Positions 7,276-16,709 are shown, counted from the stretch's first letter. The stretch is 32,959 bases of DNA from Planctomycetota bacterium (GCA_003669255.1 QWPO01000028.1:1-32959), one strand, 5' to 3'. Numbers and translations: made by a program. Notes: generated by a model from the letters alone, not told the origin.

Positions 7276-8328
7276 ATGCCGCCGTCGCTCCCCAATCGCA
7301 GGAACCATCGTACCGCTCGCGGCCGATCCGTCGACGGCTCAGCAGTGCTCACCACGGGCCTCATGCTGCTGTTCGCCCTCGCTGGCTCAGGCCACTCCGC
7401 CGTACCGGATCCGGCCGCACTCGACGCCGCGGTTCGGGCCACGTGGACACGCGTTCCCATCCGCGACTGGGCTCGCCGCGTCTCGGAGATCACGGGCGCC
7501 ACGGTCATCGTCGATTGGCGGCTCGATCCAGACGTCAGCGTCACCCTCGCGAGCGACGGCGACACGCTCCGCTCGCTCCTCGACCGTGTGGCCGCTTCGA
7601 CGGGCGCGGCAGTGGAGCCGCTCGCCTCGACGACACGGCTCGTGCCCCGTGAGGTCTCGGGCCTCGCAGCGGCCGCCGAAGCAGCCCGGCGCCGCGATCT
7701 CCGCGGGCTGCCTCCGGAGATCCGCCGCATCGCCGAACGTCGAGCGTCGTGGACCTGGCCCGCGGCCGCGCAGCCACGCGACCTGGTCGCGGCCGCGGCC
7801 GACGACGCGGGCATCACGATCGCCAGCCTCGACCGCGTGCCGCACGATCACCTGCCGGCCACGTCGCTGCCCCCGCTCCAACTCGCCGAGCGTCTCGATC
7901 TGCTGCTGGCGAACTTCGATCTCCGCGTCGACTGGTCGGCCGCCGGTGGCACGATCGTGCCGATCGATGCGGGCGTTGACCCACTCGACGGCACTGGCAT
8001 CCGCTCGAAACCGGTTCGCCCGATCCGGCCGCGCGAGGTGCCGAAGCGAGCCGGCATCGCCGTCTACTCCCTCCGTCTCGAGGCGCCGCTCAACCAGGCG
8101 GTGCCTGCCGTGGCGAAGAGTCTGGGGCTGGCGTCGTCGCTCGACGAGGCATCACTCGCGGCCCGTGGCATCGCCCCTGGAGAGATCGTTCGGGTGGATG
8201 CCCGCGACCTATCGCGCGACGAACTGCTCGACGCGATCGTGGCTCCGCTCGACCTCGAGTGGAGGATCGAGAACGAAACGCTCCGCGTGTTCGCCGCTCC
8301 GGCCGCCCGCGATGCCCCGAACCCGTGA
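7276..8328 (+). CDS. Secreted protein with three STN/secretin-N-like repeats
   Basis: Hydrophobic signal-like LTTGLMLLFALAG; three segments of the pattern [TW..VPIRDWARRVSE..G.TVIVD..LDPD..VTL....TLRSLLD.V]; no beta-barrel. Start could be 7276 or about 7345. Confidence 0.65.
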   Translation: MPPSLPNRRNHRTARGRSVDGSAVLTTGLMLLFALAGSGHSAVPDPAALDAAVRATWTRVPIRDWARRVSEITGATVIVDWRLDPDVSVTLASDGDTLRSLLDRVAASTGAAVEPLASTTRLVPREVSGLAAAAEAARRRDLRGLPPEIRRIAERRASWTWPAAAQPRDLVAAAADDAGITIASLDRVPHDHLPATSLPPLQLAERLDLLLANFDLRVDWSAAGGTIVPIDAGVDPLDGTGIRSKPVRPIRPREVPKRAGIAVYSLRLEAPLNQAVPAVAKSLGLASSLDEASLAARGIAPGEIVRVDARDLSRDELLDAIVAPLDLEWRIENETLRVFAAPAARDAPNP

Positions 8329-8362
8329 ACCGACGCCGTGACCAGCGCCGTGCCGCGACAGC

Positions 8363-9439
8363 TTACGGCTGCGCGATCGAGCGATTGCCCGACTTGCCGC
8401 GGGCAACCTCGATGTTCTGCCGCGACGGCTGGTGCTGCGGATCTCGCTTCAGCGCTTCCGAGTACGACCCCACCGCATCGGCATACCGTCCCTGATAGGA
8501 CTGCGCGACGCCGCGGTTGAACCAGGCGCGAACGTCCTTCGGGTCATGACGGATCGCCTGATCGAAGTCAAACTCCGCCTTCCGCGGCTGGTGCGTCTGC
8601 AGGTAGGCCAGACCACGGTTGAGGTAGGCGAGCATGTACGTCCGGTCGCGGCGGATGCTCGACGCGTAGGCGTTGATCGCCTCGAGCGGACGGTCGAGTT
8701 CGACGAGGGTCAGCCCGCGCCAGAGTTCCGGCCGCGGGTCGTCGTAGGCAATGCCCGCGGCATCCTCGAAATCCTCGAGGGCGATGCCGTACAGGCCGAG
8801 GTGGAACCAGGCGATGCCACGACGCAGGTAGAGTTCGGAATCCTGCGGATCGATCGCCAAGCCCCTCGAGCAGGCATCGACGCAGCCTTCGAAGTCACCG
8901 AGCCGCCGCGATGTGACGCCAAGCGCGAGGTAGGCGAGCGTCATCTTCGGGTCGAGCTTGATCACCTCGCGGATCTTCTCGCGGGCCTCTTCGAGCTTCC
9001 CAGCCTTGTCGAGCTTCTCCGCCTCTCCGAGCAGTTTTTCGGCCGGTGTCGGCTCCCAGTCTTGGCTCTGGCTGTCGCGCATCGAGGGACGAGACCGGTC
9101 TGATCGTTCAGCCGGATCGCCCGACACCGTCGTGTCGGGGAAAGGCACAGGCAGCCGGGGACTGGCTTGCGGCCCGGCGGACGGCCGCTCCTTGGGCATG
9201 GTGGGGGCAGGCTGCCGCGGCGTGGGCCGCTGCTCGGACGGCTTGGCGGCGTTGCCGCGGCCGAACGGATTCAGTTCGTCGGCGAACGGGTCATCCTCGG
9301 GCACTCCGCCCGGCTCTCCGCCGCCCTGGGCGTGGACCAGAGAGGAGGCCGCGACGACCGCGAAGCAGGCGGCACAACAAGCGGCTGCAAACAAGGGCCG
9401 CATGCGAAGGAGCATCGTGAAAGGTGTGCGCTGGGTCAT
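8363..9439 (-). CDS. Secreted tetratricopeptide repeat protein
   Basis: Signal peptide, Pro-rich linker, then consecutive TPR units (AYLALG, LYLRRGIAW..LG, AYLNRGLAY, AWFNRGVA..G.Y.DA). Confidence 0.9.
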   Translation of the reverse strand: MTQRTPFTMLLRMRPLFAAACCAACFAVVAASSLVHAQGGGEPGGVPEDDPFADELNPFGRGNAAKPSEQRPTPRQPAPTMPKERPSAGPQASPRLPVPFPDTTVSGDPAERSDRSRPSMRDSQSQDWEPTPAEKLLGEAEKLDKAGKLEEAREKIREVIKLDPKMTLAYLALGVTSRRLGDFEGCVDACSRGLAIDPQDSELYLRRGIAWFHLGLYGIALEDFEDAAGIAYDDPRPELWRGLTLVELDRPLEAINAYASSIRRDRTYMLAYLNRGLAYLQTHQPRKAEFDFDQAIRHDPKDVRAWFNRGVAQSYQGRYADAVGSYSEALKRDPQHQPSRQNIEVARGKSGNRSIAQP

Positions 9440-9574
9440 GGTGAGAAAGTATCCCTTTGGAAGATCGGCAATTCAAAAGCTGGAAACGGTGCTCCGGGAG
9501 GGCGATCGGTCATCACCCGTGCAATCCTCGCAACCCGTCGTGGTCCCGGAACCCCGACAGCCGCGGCTGGGCCG

Positions 9575-9892
9575 TTAGGCCGGGCCCGCCTCCAGGAGCC
9601 CACCGAGCCGCTCCTGAATGCCGCTCTTGATCTTTCCGGCAAAAAGGCCGGCCATCGCGGGCACCTCGAGCCGAACGACCAGTTCCGCCGGCAGAATCTC
9701 GACGTCGCTCTCGATGGGCATGCCCATCACGTCGAGCGACAGCTGCAGGCGACCGTCTTCGTGCCACTTTGAATCGATGGCGCCGACCTTGCCGGCAAAG
9801 TCGTTACGGGCGCGGCCGACGGCCACTTCGAGACGGCGACGAACCTCGCTCTCGTCGAGGCTGTGCGGAATGCGAACTTCCATCGATTTCAC
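9575..9892 (-). CDS. Polyhydroxyalkanoic-acid-system family small protein (PHA_gran_rgn-like)
   Basis: VRIPHSLDESEVRRRL...W....L...VMG..I...V...L.VP..AGLF.GKI...I...L pattern; GGAGGAG SD 8 nt before GTG 9892 (alternative ATG 9883). Confidence 0.75.
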   Translation of the reverse strand: MKSMEVRIPHSLDESEVRRRLEVAVGRARNDFAGKVGAIDSKWHEDGRLQLSLDVMGMPIESDVEILPAELVVRLEVPAMAGLFAGKIKSGIQERLGGLLEAGPA

Positions 9893-9896
9893 GGGC

Positions 9897-10691
9897 TCAA
9901 CTCCTCCGGGCAATGCGTGATGGTGACGGGCTGCCGCCAGCGGCTGATTCCGCCTCCGCGAGTGTACCCACGAGTTCGCTCACGTTCCCGCGGCGGACCC
10001 GGCCCATGCGGCCCCCCTCGCAGGCCGCCGACCGCACCCCCAGAATTTGGGCCCCAATTGCCGCAACCTTCGGCAGGTCGATGGCCGTCAACCGGCCCGC
10101 CAGGGCCACCCCCAAACCCCGCGAGCGGGCAGCCGACACCCACGCGCCGACGCGGTCGGTCCCGCCGATCTCGAGGAGCCCGCCGGCCGACTTGTCGAAC
10201 GTGTCGATGAGGATCGTCGAGGCCCCGCCAGCCGCAGCTGCCTCGATCAGCTGGGCGGGATCTGGAGCCTTCGCGAGCTGCCAGTCGGCATAGGCGACGG
10301 CCACGAGTTCGATCGGCTCCGGGACGATCGCCGAAAGCCGTTCATGGGCCGACCGCCATCGGTCGAGCGACAGTCCCGAAGGCCCGACCTTCACCGCTTC
10401 CGGAAACGGAAGTCCGGCGGCCACGAGTTGGGTGGTGAGCGACTCGATGTGGGCCGCGATCGCGCGCTCGCCGGCGACGAGTTCACCGCAGGCGACCGTC
10501 AGCTGCGCCCGACCGGCGACCGCCTCGGCAATCGCGGCGGTGACATCGGCATCGGCTCGTCCGAGGGGCCCACGCGACGGCTCCTTCACGTCGATGATCG
10601 CAGCACCGCCAGCCACGGCCTCCTGCGCTTCGGCGACCGACCGCACGCTCACCAGCAGTCCAGCCGCCAGCCGGCTTCTCGTGGTGTTCAT
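9897..10691 (-). CDS. mfnB: (5-formylfuran-3-yl)methyl phosphate synthase (methanofuran biosynthesis)
   Basis: LLVSVRSVAEA.EAVAGGAAIIDVKEPSRGPLG, AVKVG, VAVAYADW, LIDTFDK, ALAGRL, LGVRSAAC.GGR; ATG 10691 overlaps the upstream stop (ATGA). Confidence 0.85.
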   Translation of the reverse strand: MNTTRSRLAAGLLVSVRSVAEAQEAVAGGAAIIDVKEPSRGPLGRADADVTAAIAEAVAGRAQLTVACGELVAGERAIAAHIESLTTQLVAAGLPFPEAVKVGPSGLSLDRWRSAHERLSAIVPEPIELVAVAYADWQLAKAPDPAQLIEAAAAGGASTILIDTFDKSAGGLLEIGGTDRVGAWVSAARSRGLGVALAGRLTAIDLPKVAAIGAQILGVRSAACEGGRMGRVRRGNVSELVGTLAEAESAAGGSPSPSRIARRS

Positions 10692-11275
10692 CGCTGCGAC
10701 ACCGGCGTCACTCGCCTCTTGGCCTCGAGCAGCCGCGCTGAAATGTCGCGGGCGATCGCCTGCGAGAGCGGCTCGCACCAGCGACCGTCGAACACCACGT
10801 TGCCATCCTCCCACGAGCCCCACGCCGATGCCACGGGCCGCGACCGCCACTCGACCGCCCGTTCGGCGAGCCGCATCACGAGGGTGCTCACGCGGCGGTC
10901 GGCAGTCTCGTCGTCGGCGCCGAGCGGCTGTGAACCCGGAAAGATGCACTCGACCACTTCCAGCGGCACCCGCTGCACGCCCAACGGCGAAAGCCGCACT
11001 TCGAGCGCGTCACCGCGACACGCAAGCCTCGGCCGGGAAGCGGCCCAGAGGAATGCTGCCCCGACCGTCAGGCCCGCCAGGCAGGCCGTGGCCACGAATG
11101 CGACTCCCCATGCCGGCGGGCGAACTGCGATCAGAACGGCGGCGGCGACCGCCGCAACGGCCATCATCGCCACGAACAGCACGGCCGCCGGCCTGAGGTT
11201 GGCCCGCAGCCAGACCTCGTCCGCGGCATGGGTCTCTCGGCTCAGTTCCGCTTCCGCCGTCGCCTGACCTTGCAT
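10688..11275 (-). CDS. Hypothetical membrane protein (two N-terminal TM helices plus a soluble domain)
   Basis: Two hydrophobic stretches (AAVLFVAMMAVAAVAAAVLIAV; VAFVATACLAGLTVGAAFLWA); stop couples to the mfnB start. Start inferred at ATG 11275. Confidence 0.7.
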   Translation of the reverse strand: MQGQATAEAELSRETHAADEVWLRANLRPAAVLFVAMMAVAAVAAAVLIAVRPPAWGVAFVATACLAGLTVGAAFLWAASRPRLACRGDALEVRLSPLGVQRVPLEVVECIFPGSQPLGADDETADRRVSTLVMRLAERAVEWRSRPVASAWGSWEDGNVVFDGRWCEPLSQAIARDISARLLEAKRRVTPVSQR

Positions 11276-11317
11276 ACGATCTGCCGTCGATTCCCTTGCC
11301 ACGAAGAGGCTTCCACC

Positions 11318-12877
11318 ATGCACGATGCAGCACCCGCTGGCGCCGGCCGACTGCCCCTCTGGGGCATCGCCATCGCGCTGGCAGCCTACCTCGTCGCGGC
11401 CGCCCTGGGGCTGCCGCAACATGGTCGCGATTTGCTGGTCCACTCACAAGCGGCCCACGCTGACGACCACGATGCGGCCCCGCACGGCGACGCTGCCGTC
11501 CCTGAGAGTCACGCCGTCGCAGCACCGCCGGTAGCCACCGTGCTGCCGTTCGCCCTCCTGCTCGCGGCGATCGCGATCCTGCCGCTCACCCCGGGCCTCT
11601 CGCACTGGTGGGAGCACAACTCCAGCAAACTCGTCGTCGCGGGCCTGCTCGCGGCCATCACGCTCGGCTACTACCTCCTTGGCCACCGCCATCCGATCGA
11701 TCTCCACTTCCCAGCCCACGCGGTGGTGCAGCCGGCGGCGGCAGGGCTTTCGTGGAGCACCGTCGGCACGGTGCTCATCAACGCGATCCTGGCCGAATAC
11801 ATCCCCTTCATCACGCTCCTCTTCGCCCTCTATGTGATCACCGGCGGCGTGCGGATCGAGGGCGACCTCGAGGCCACGCCCACCACCAACGCGGCCTTCC
11901 TGGCGGTGGGTGCGGTGCTCGCGAGCTTCATCGGCACGACGGGCGCCGCGATGCTGCTGGTGCGGCCGCTCCTCGAGACCAACCGCGAGCGGCGGCACGT
12001 GGCCCACACGCTGGTGTTTTTCATCTTCATCGTCTGCAACTGTGGCGGGCTGCTCCTGCCGATCGGCGACCCGCCACTGTTCCTGGGCTACCTCCAGGGC
12101 GTCGATTTCCTCTGGACGATGTCGCTCTGGAACGAATGGCTGTTCACCAACGGCTCGCTCCTGGTGATCTACTGGCTCTGGGACACGCTCATCGCCCACC
12201 CCCGCGAGACCCGGGCCGACGTCGTCCGCGACCGGCTTCTCACCCGCAGCCTCCGCTTCAGCGGCCTCTGGCCCAACCTGCCGCTGATGGCGGGCGTGAT
12301 CGCCGCCGTGGCGTTCCTCGATCCGTCGAAGCCGTTTCCGGGCACCTCCTGGCATCCATGGATCTACCTCCGGGAGACGGTGCTCCTCGGACTCGTCGGG
12401 CTGTCGCTGCTCCTGGGCTCGGGCGAAGTCCGCCGCAAGAATGCGTTCACCTACGGGGCGATCCTCGAGGTGGCGGCGCTCTTCATCGGCATCTTCATTT
12501 GCATGCAGCCCGCCCTGGCCCTGCTCCACGTCCACGGCGCCAGCCTCGGCCTCTCGTCGCCGCAGTCGTATTTCTGGGCCACCGGGTCACTTTCCGCGGT
12601 GCTCGACAACGCCCCGACCTACCTCGTGTTTTTCGAGGCGGCCGGCATCGACCCGACCGACGGCCTCACCGGCGAAGAGGCCCGGCTCCTCGCAGCGATC
12701 AGCCTCGGGGCGGTGTTCCTGGGGGCGATGACTTATATCGGCAACGGCCCCAACTTCATGGTCAAGGCGATCGCCGAGCAGGCGGGCGTGAAGATGCCGA
12801 GTTTCTTCGGCTACGTGATGTACAGTATGGGGGTGCTGCTGCCGGTGTTCGCCGTGATGGCGTGGCTCTTCGTGTAG
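11318..12877 (+). CDS. Ion-transporter superfamily permease (putative Na+/H+ antiporter / CitMHS-like family)
   Basis: Many TM helices; motifs YIPFITLLFALYVITGG, ASFIGTTGAAMLL, NCGGLLLPIGDPPLFLG, LDNAPTYLVF, GAMTYIGNGPNFMVKAIAE, MPSFFGY. Confidence 0.88.
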   Translation: MHDAAPAGAGRLPLWGIAIALAAYLVAAALGLPQHGRDLLVHSQAAHADDHDAAPHGDAAVPESHAVAAPPVATVLPFALLLAAIAILPLTPGLSHWWEHNSSKLVVAGLLAAITLGYYLLGHRHPIDLHFPAHAVVQPAAAGLSWSTVGTVLINAILAEYIPFITLLFALYVITGGVRIEGDLEATPTTNAAFLAVGAVLASFIGTTGAAMLLVRPLLETNRERRHVAHTLVFFIFIVCNCGGLLLPIGDPPLFLGYLQGVDFLWTMSLWNEWLFTNGSLLVIYWLWDTLIAHPRETRADVVRDRLLTRSLRFSGLWPNLPLMAGVIAAVAFLDPSKPFPGTSWHPWIYLRETVLLGLVGLSLLLGSGEVRRKNAFTYGAILEVAALFIGIFICMQPALALLHVHGASLGLSSPQSYFWATGSLSAVLDNAPTYLVFFEAAGIDPTDGLTGEEARLLAAISLGAVFLGAMTYIGNGPNFMVKAIAEQAGVKMPSFFGYVMYSMGVLLPVFAVMAWLFV

Positions 12878-12928
12878 CAGCCGAGCCTTCCTTTTTTCGG
12901 GCCGACGGCGAACCCCCGGCCCCCACGC

Positions 12929-14134
12929 ATGAACGTCCGCCCCGACTCCGACTTCGAGGTCGTCGAAACCGACTCCCAGGTTCGCGACCTCGTGGACCGC
13001 CTCGCCCCCCACCCGCACGTTTGCTTCGACACCGAGTTTGTGTCAGAGCACACCTATCGCAGCCAGCTCTGCCTGGTGCAGGTGGCCGCGCCCGGCATCC
13101 TTGCCGTCATCGACACGCTCAAGGCCCGCGACCTCGACCCGTTCTGGAGGCTCCTCGCCGAGCCCGGCCGTACGACGGTCGTCCACGCCGGCCGCGAGGA
13201 GTTCGGCTTCATTCTCCACGCGATCCAGGCCCGGCCGTCGCACCTGTTCGACGTGCAGGTCGCTGCGGGCCTCGTGGACCACGACTTTCCCGCCGGCTAC
13301 GCCTCGATCGTCCGCCGCTTCCTCAACCTCCCGACCAACAAGGGCGAGACGCGGACCGACTGGCGGCAGCGGCCGCTCACGCAGGCGCAACTGGAATACG
13401 CCGTCGACGACGTCCGCCACCTGGAGCAGCTCTGGCGGAAGCTGGAGCGAAAGCTCGAGTCGCTCGGCCGCGTCGAGTGGATGCAAAACGAGATGGTGGC
13501 CTGGCAGGACGACGTCGAGGAGTCGTTCAGCCGCAAGCGGTGGCGCAGGGTGTCGGGGCTCAATGGCCTCTCCCGCCGGGAACTGGCCGTGGCCCGTGAG
13601 CTCTGGCACTGGCGTGACTCGGTGGCCGAAGAGCGCGACATGCCGCCCAAGCGGGTGCTCCGGGACGACCTCTTGGTGGAACTCTGCAAGCGAAAGAGCG
13701 CCGACGAGCGGCAGATCTCGGCGATCCGCGGCATGCAGCGATCCGACCTGCGGTACATCGTTAAGGGGCTCTCGGAGGCGATCGCCCGCGGCCTCGAACT
13801 CCCCGAGGATGAGTGCCCGGGCGGCGAGCGGCACCGTGCCCCACCGCCGCAGCTGGCGATGCTCGGCCAGTTTCTGGCCACCGCCGTGGCGGGCATGTGC
13901 CGCAGCGAGCACCTGGCGCCGGCGCTTGTCGGCACGTCGTCCGACATGCGCGATCTGCTCTCCTACAAGCTCGGCTACTACGACGAAGAAAGGCCCCCGC
14001 TGCTCGCCACCGGCTGGCGGTCGCGCGTGGTGGGCGACCTCGTGGACGACCTGCTCGCAGGCCGCGCCGCGCTCCGCATCGGCGACATCAAGTCGCACGA
14101 TCCGCTCGTGATCGAGCGCTGGGGCGACCGCTGA
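12929..14134 (+). CDS. rnd: Ribonuclease D (DEDDy 3'-5' exonuclease plus HRDC)
   Basis: FDTEFVSEHTYRSQLCLVQVA, HAGREE, LFDVQVAAG, TDWRQRPLTQAQLEYAVDDV, HRDC-like WRDSVAEERDMPPKRVLRD, C-terminal GWR. Confidence 0.93.
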   Translation: MNVRPDSDFEVVETDSQVRDLVDRLAPHPHVCFDTEFVSEHTYRSQLCLVQVAAPGILAVIDTLKARDLDPFWRLLAEPGRTTVVHAGREEFGFILHAIQARPSHLFDVQVAAGLVDHDFPAGYASIVRRFLNLPTNKGETRTDWRQRPLTQAQLEYAVDDVRHLEQLWRKLERKLESLGRVEWMQNEMVAWQDDVEESFSRKRWRRVSGLNGLSRRELAVARELWHWRDSVAEERDMPPKRVLRDDLLVELCKRKSADERQISAIRGMQRSDLRYIVKGLSEAIARGLELPEDECPGGERHRAPPPQLAMLGQFLATAVAGMCRSEHLAPALVGTSSDMRDLLSYKLGYYDEERPPLLATGWRSRVVGDLVDDLLAGRAALRIGDIKSHDPLVIERWGDR

Positions 14135-14157
14135 CGAGCGCCGCTCGAGGCTCCCAC

Positions 14158-14182
14158 GTAGGTGCAGGTTGTCAACCTGCAC
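14158..14182 (+). repeat. GTAG-type REP palindrome, single copy
   Basis: GTAG-gtgcaggtt-gtc-aacctgcac just after the rnd stop. Confidence 0.85.
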
Positions 14183-14505
14183 AAGCATTCCGCGGCAGAT
14201 CCCGCCGCGAGGGGCTACCCATGCCCCGTCGCCGGACGCTCACTGCGGGCATGCGACTGTCGCGCCGTCGCCGCCGTCCCGGCGTCGGCTCCGGCTTACG
14301 GTCGCCGGGCGCGGCCCGGCTCCCAGCATCCTGCCCTTCGCTCGCTCGATGCTTCCTCCGCTTCGCCATCGTGGCTGCGCGTCGGAAGCAACGCCGGCTC
14401 CCGGGGCACGGGCAGCCCCTCGCCCCCTCGTCGCGGTAAGGCGGTGGCAGAAGGCCAACGTCTCATCTGGGTGCCACACACAAGGGCACCGTTTCATGCG
14501 CCGCC

Positions 14506-14630
14506 GCCGGCCCGGATGGCCGGCCCGCCGACAGGCTGCAACGGCCACGATGGCGTTGCAGCCCACACAGCTGCCGGCCCGGATGGCCGGCCCACCGTCA
14601 GGCTGCAACGGCCAGGATGGCGTTGCAGCC
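14506..14630. repeat. Two near-identical 58-nt units (67-nt period), each with two hairpins
   Basis: 14506-14563 and 14573-14630; gccggcc-cggat-ggccggc and ggctgcaacg-N10-cgttgcagcc in both. Confidence 0.85.
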
Positions 14631-14636
14631 GTAAAG

Positions 14637-14718
14637 CGGAGGGCACGGGATTCGAACCCGCAACCGATTTCTCGGCATCTGATTTCGAGTCAGACCGCTA
14701 GCCGTTCGCTTACCCTCC
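14637..14718 (-). tRNA. tRNA-Ser (anticodon CGA), type II, CCA not encoded
   Basis: Acceptor GGAGGGT/GCCCTCC plus discriminator G; anticodon arm TCTGA-CT-CGA-AA-TCAGA; variable arm GCCGA-GAAA-TCGGT; T arm GCGGG-TTCGAAT-CCCGT. Confidence 0.9.
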
Positions 14719-14900
14719 GGTGTTTGTTTACCGGATCGCGTTTCGGCAGGCCACGGCGGCTGATATTTCCCGGGAGAAACCGCGATTCCTGGACCATCAC
14801 CGCGGTCGACTTCGTGCCGCGGGTGCCGGGGCGAACCGGAATCACTCGGGCGGAACTGATCCGCAGGAACCGAAAGCGGATGGCGAGTGATGGCCCTCCT

Positions 14901-15491
14901 TCAGTACGCAGCCCCGTGGCTCACGCCCGGAATCGAAGGCGACAGATAAAACGTGAATGCGGCGGTGCGAATGCCCTGGCGGACCTGCCGCAACCAGTTG
15001 GGCATGGCATTCGGATCGCTTCCGCTCCCCAGTTGCAAACCGTAGCCCGCCCCATCCTGGCCCCGCATGGCCGATGCGTTGCTTCCGCCTTGCGCGAAAC
15101 TCTCGCCGTCCGTCGCCGCAACCTGCTTCCAATCCTCTCGAAACGCAGGATCCGCCGCGTAGCCAGCAGCCCGGAGTTCGGCCTGCCATCCGCCCGCCTG
15201 CTCGGGCAAAGCCTGGGATACAAGTCCGCTGGGCACGCTGACCTCGGCGATGATCGCGGCGAGGGGATTGCTCGAGCAAGACATCTCGCCGGACCTGCAG
15301 GAATCGAAATCGGAGCCACTGGAACGCTTTGCCACCGAGCGGCCGGCGGCAACCGTGCCTTCGACTCCGCACGCGTCAACCAAGCCGCCGCGGGCGGCTA
15401 CGGGCAGGATGGCTGCCGCCAAGACGGCGAGTTTCGTCACAAGAAGGAAAGTGCGGCGGTCGGCGACATCACAGGTGGAAAACGTCATCAT
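14901..15491 (-). CDS. Orphan hypothetical protein, possibly exported (RRTFL Tat-like motif)
   Basis: AGGAG SD 7 nt before ATG 15491; DRRTFLL followed by a hydrophobic stretch and ARG; codon usage looks less GC3-biased than neighbours. Confidence 0.45.
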   Translation of the reverse strand: MMTFSTCDVADRRTFLLVTKLAVLAAAILPVAARGGLVDACGVEGTVAAGRSVAKRSSGSDFDSCRSGEMSCSSNPLAAIIAEVSVPSGLVSQALPEQAGGWQAELRAAGYAADPAFREDWKQVAATDGESFAQGGSNASAMRGQDGAGYGLQLGSGSDPNAMPNWLRQVRQGIRTAAFTFYLSPSIPGVSHGAAY

Positions 15492-16014
15492 GATTCGTCT
15501 CCTGGCAGTGTGGTTGCGGCCCGGAAGCACCCACCACCACCGCGACGAATCACAAAAACCGAAGGACAATCCGTGAGCGTGAGCTAGGAAATCGGCCCCA
15601 GAATCAGAAACGGGGCAAATACTTTGCAGCACCGCCGGCAGAAGATCACAGGCACGTAGCCTGGACAGATGAGCCGGTAAGATTGCCGTCGGCGAGCGAT
15701 TTCTCGTCGCGACGGTGATGGGTGCTTGCAGTAGCTTCTTGGTAAAAGAAACCTGTCAATCGAGAGTGTTTTAGCCGGCTATGGCTGTAGTGTCAAGTGT
15801 GTCGCAGATATTTTTTTGGGTTTGAGACTCGGCCGCGACGGGCCGCTTACGCCGCCCGTTCCGGAAAGGCCGGGCATGCCGACCGCACGCAGCGTGACGG
15901 CCATGCCGGCCCGGGGAGCCGCCGGTCGCCGCACGGCCGCTTCCTGCCGATATCTTCCAGGTACCGCGGGCAGCGGGCGCCTGGCCGGCCGCCCACCCGC
16001 ATGGAGCGCTCGCG

Positions 16015-16669
<655 letters not shown>

Positions 16670-16709
16670 AGGCCGCCCATCGCTGCCGCGCTCGCGCCTC
16701 CTGAGTGGC

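Noticed and set aside
11608-13599. 663-aa alternative-frame ORF and similar long overlapping ORFs (6950-8341, 19233-20936, 20575-22146, 29207-30691, 30808-32139)
   Set aside because: They overlap well-supported genes and have the composition expected from stop-poor off-frames in high-GC DNA.
14404-14412. att-site duplication of the tRNA 3' end (gggcacggg also at 14641-14649)
   Set aside because: Only 9 nt in GC-rich DNA and no integrase nearby; chance match is likely.
14169-15587. 472-aa + strand ORF
   Set aside because: Crosses a REP, the tandem hairpin repeat and the antisense of the tRNA; not credible as coding.
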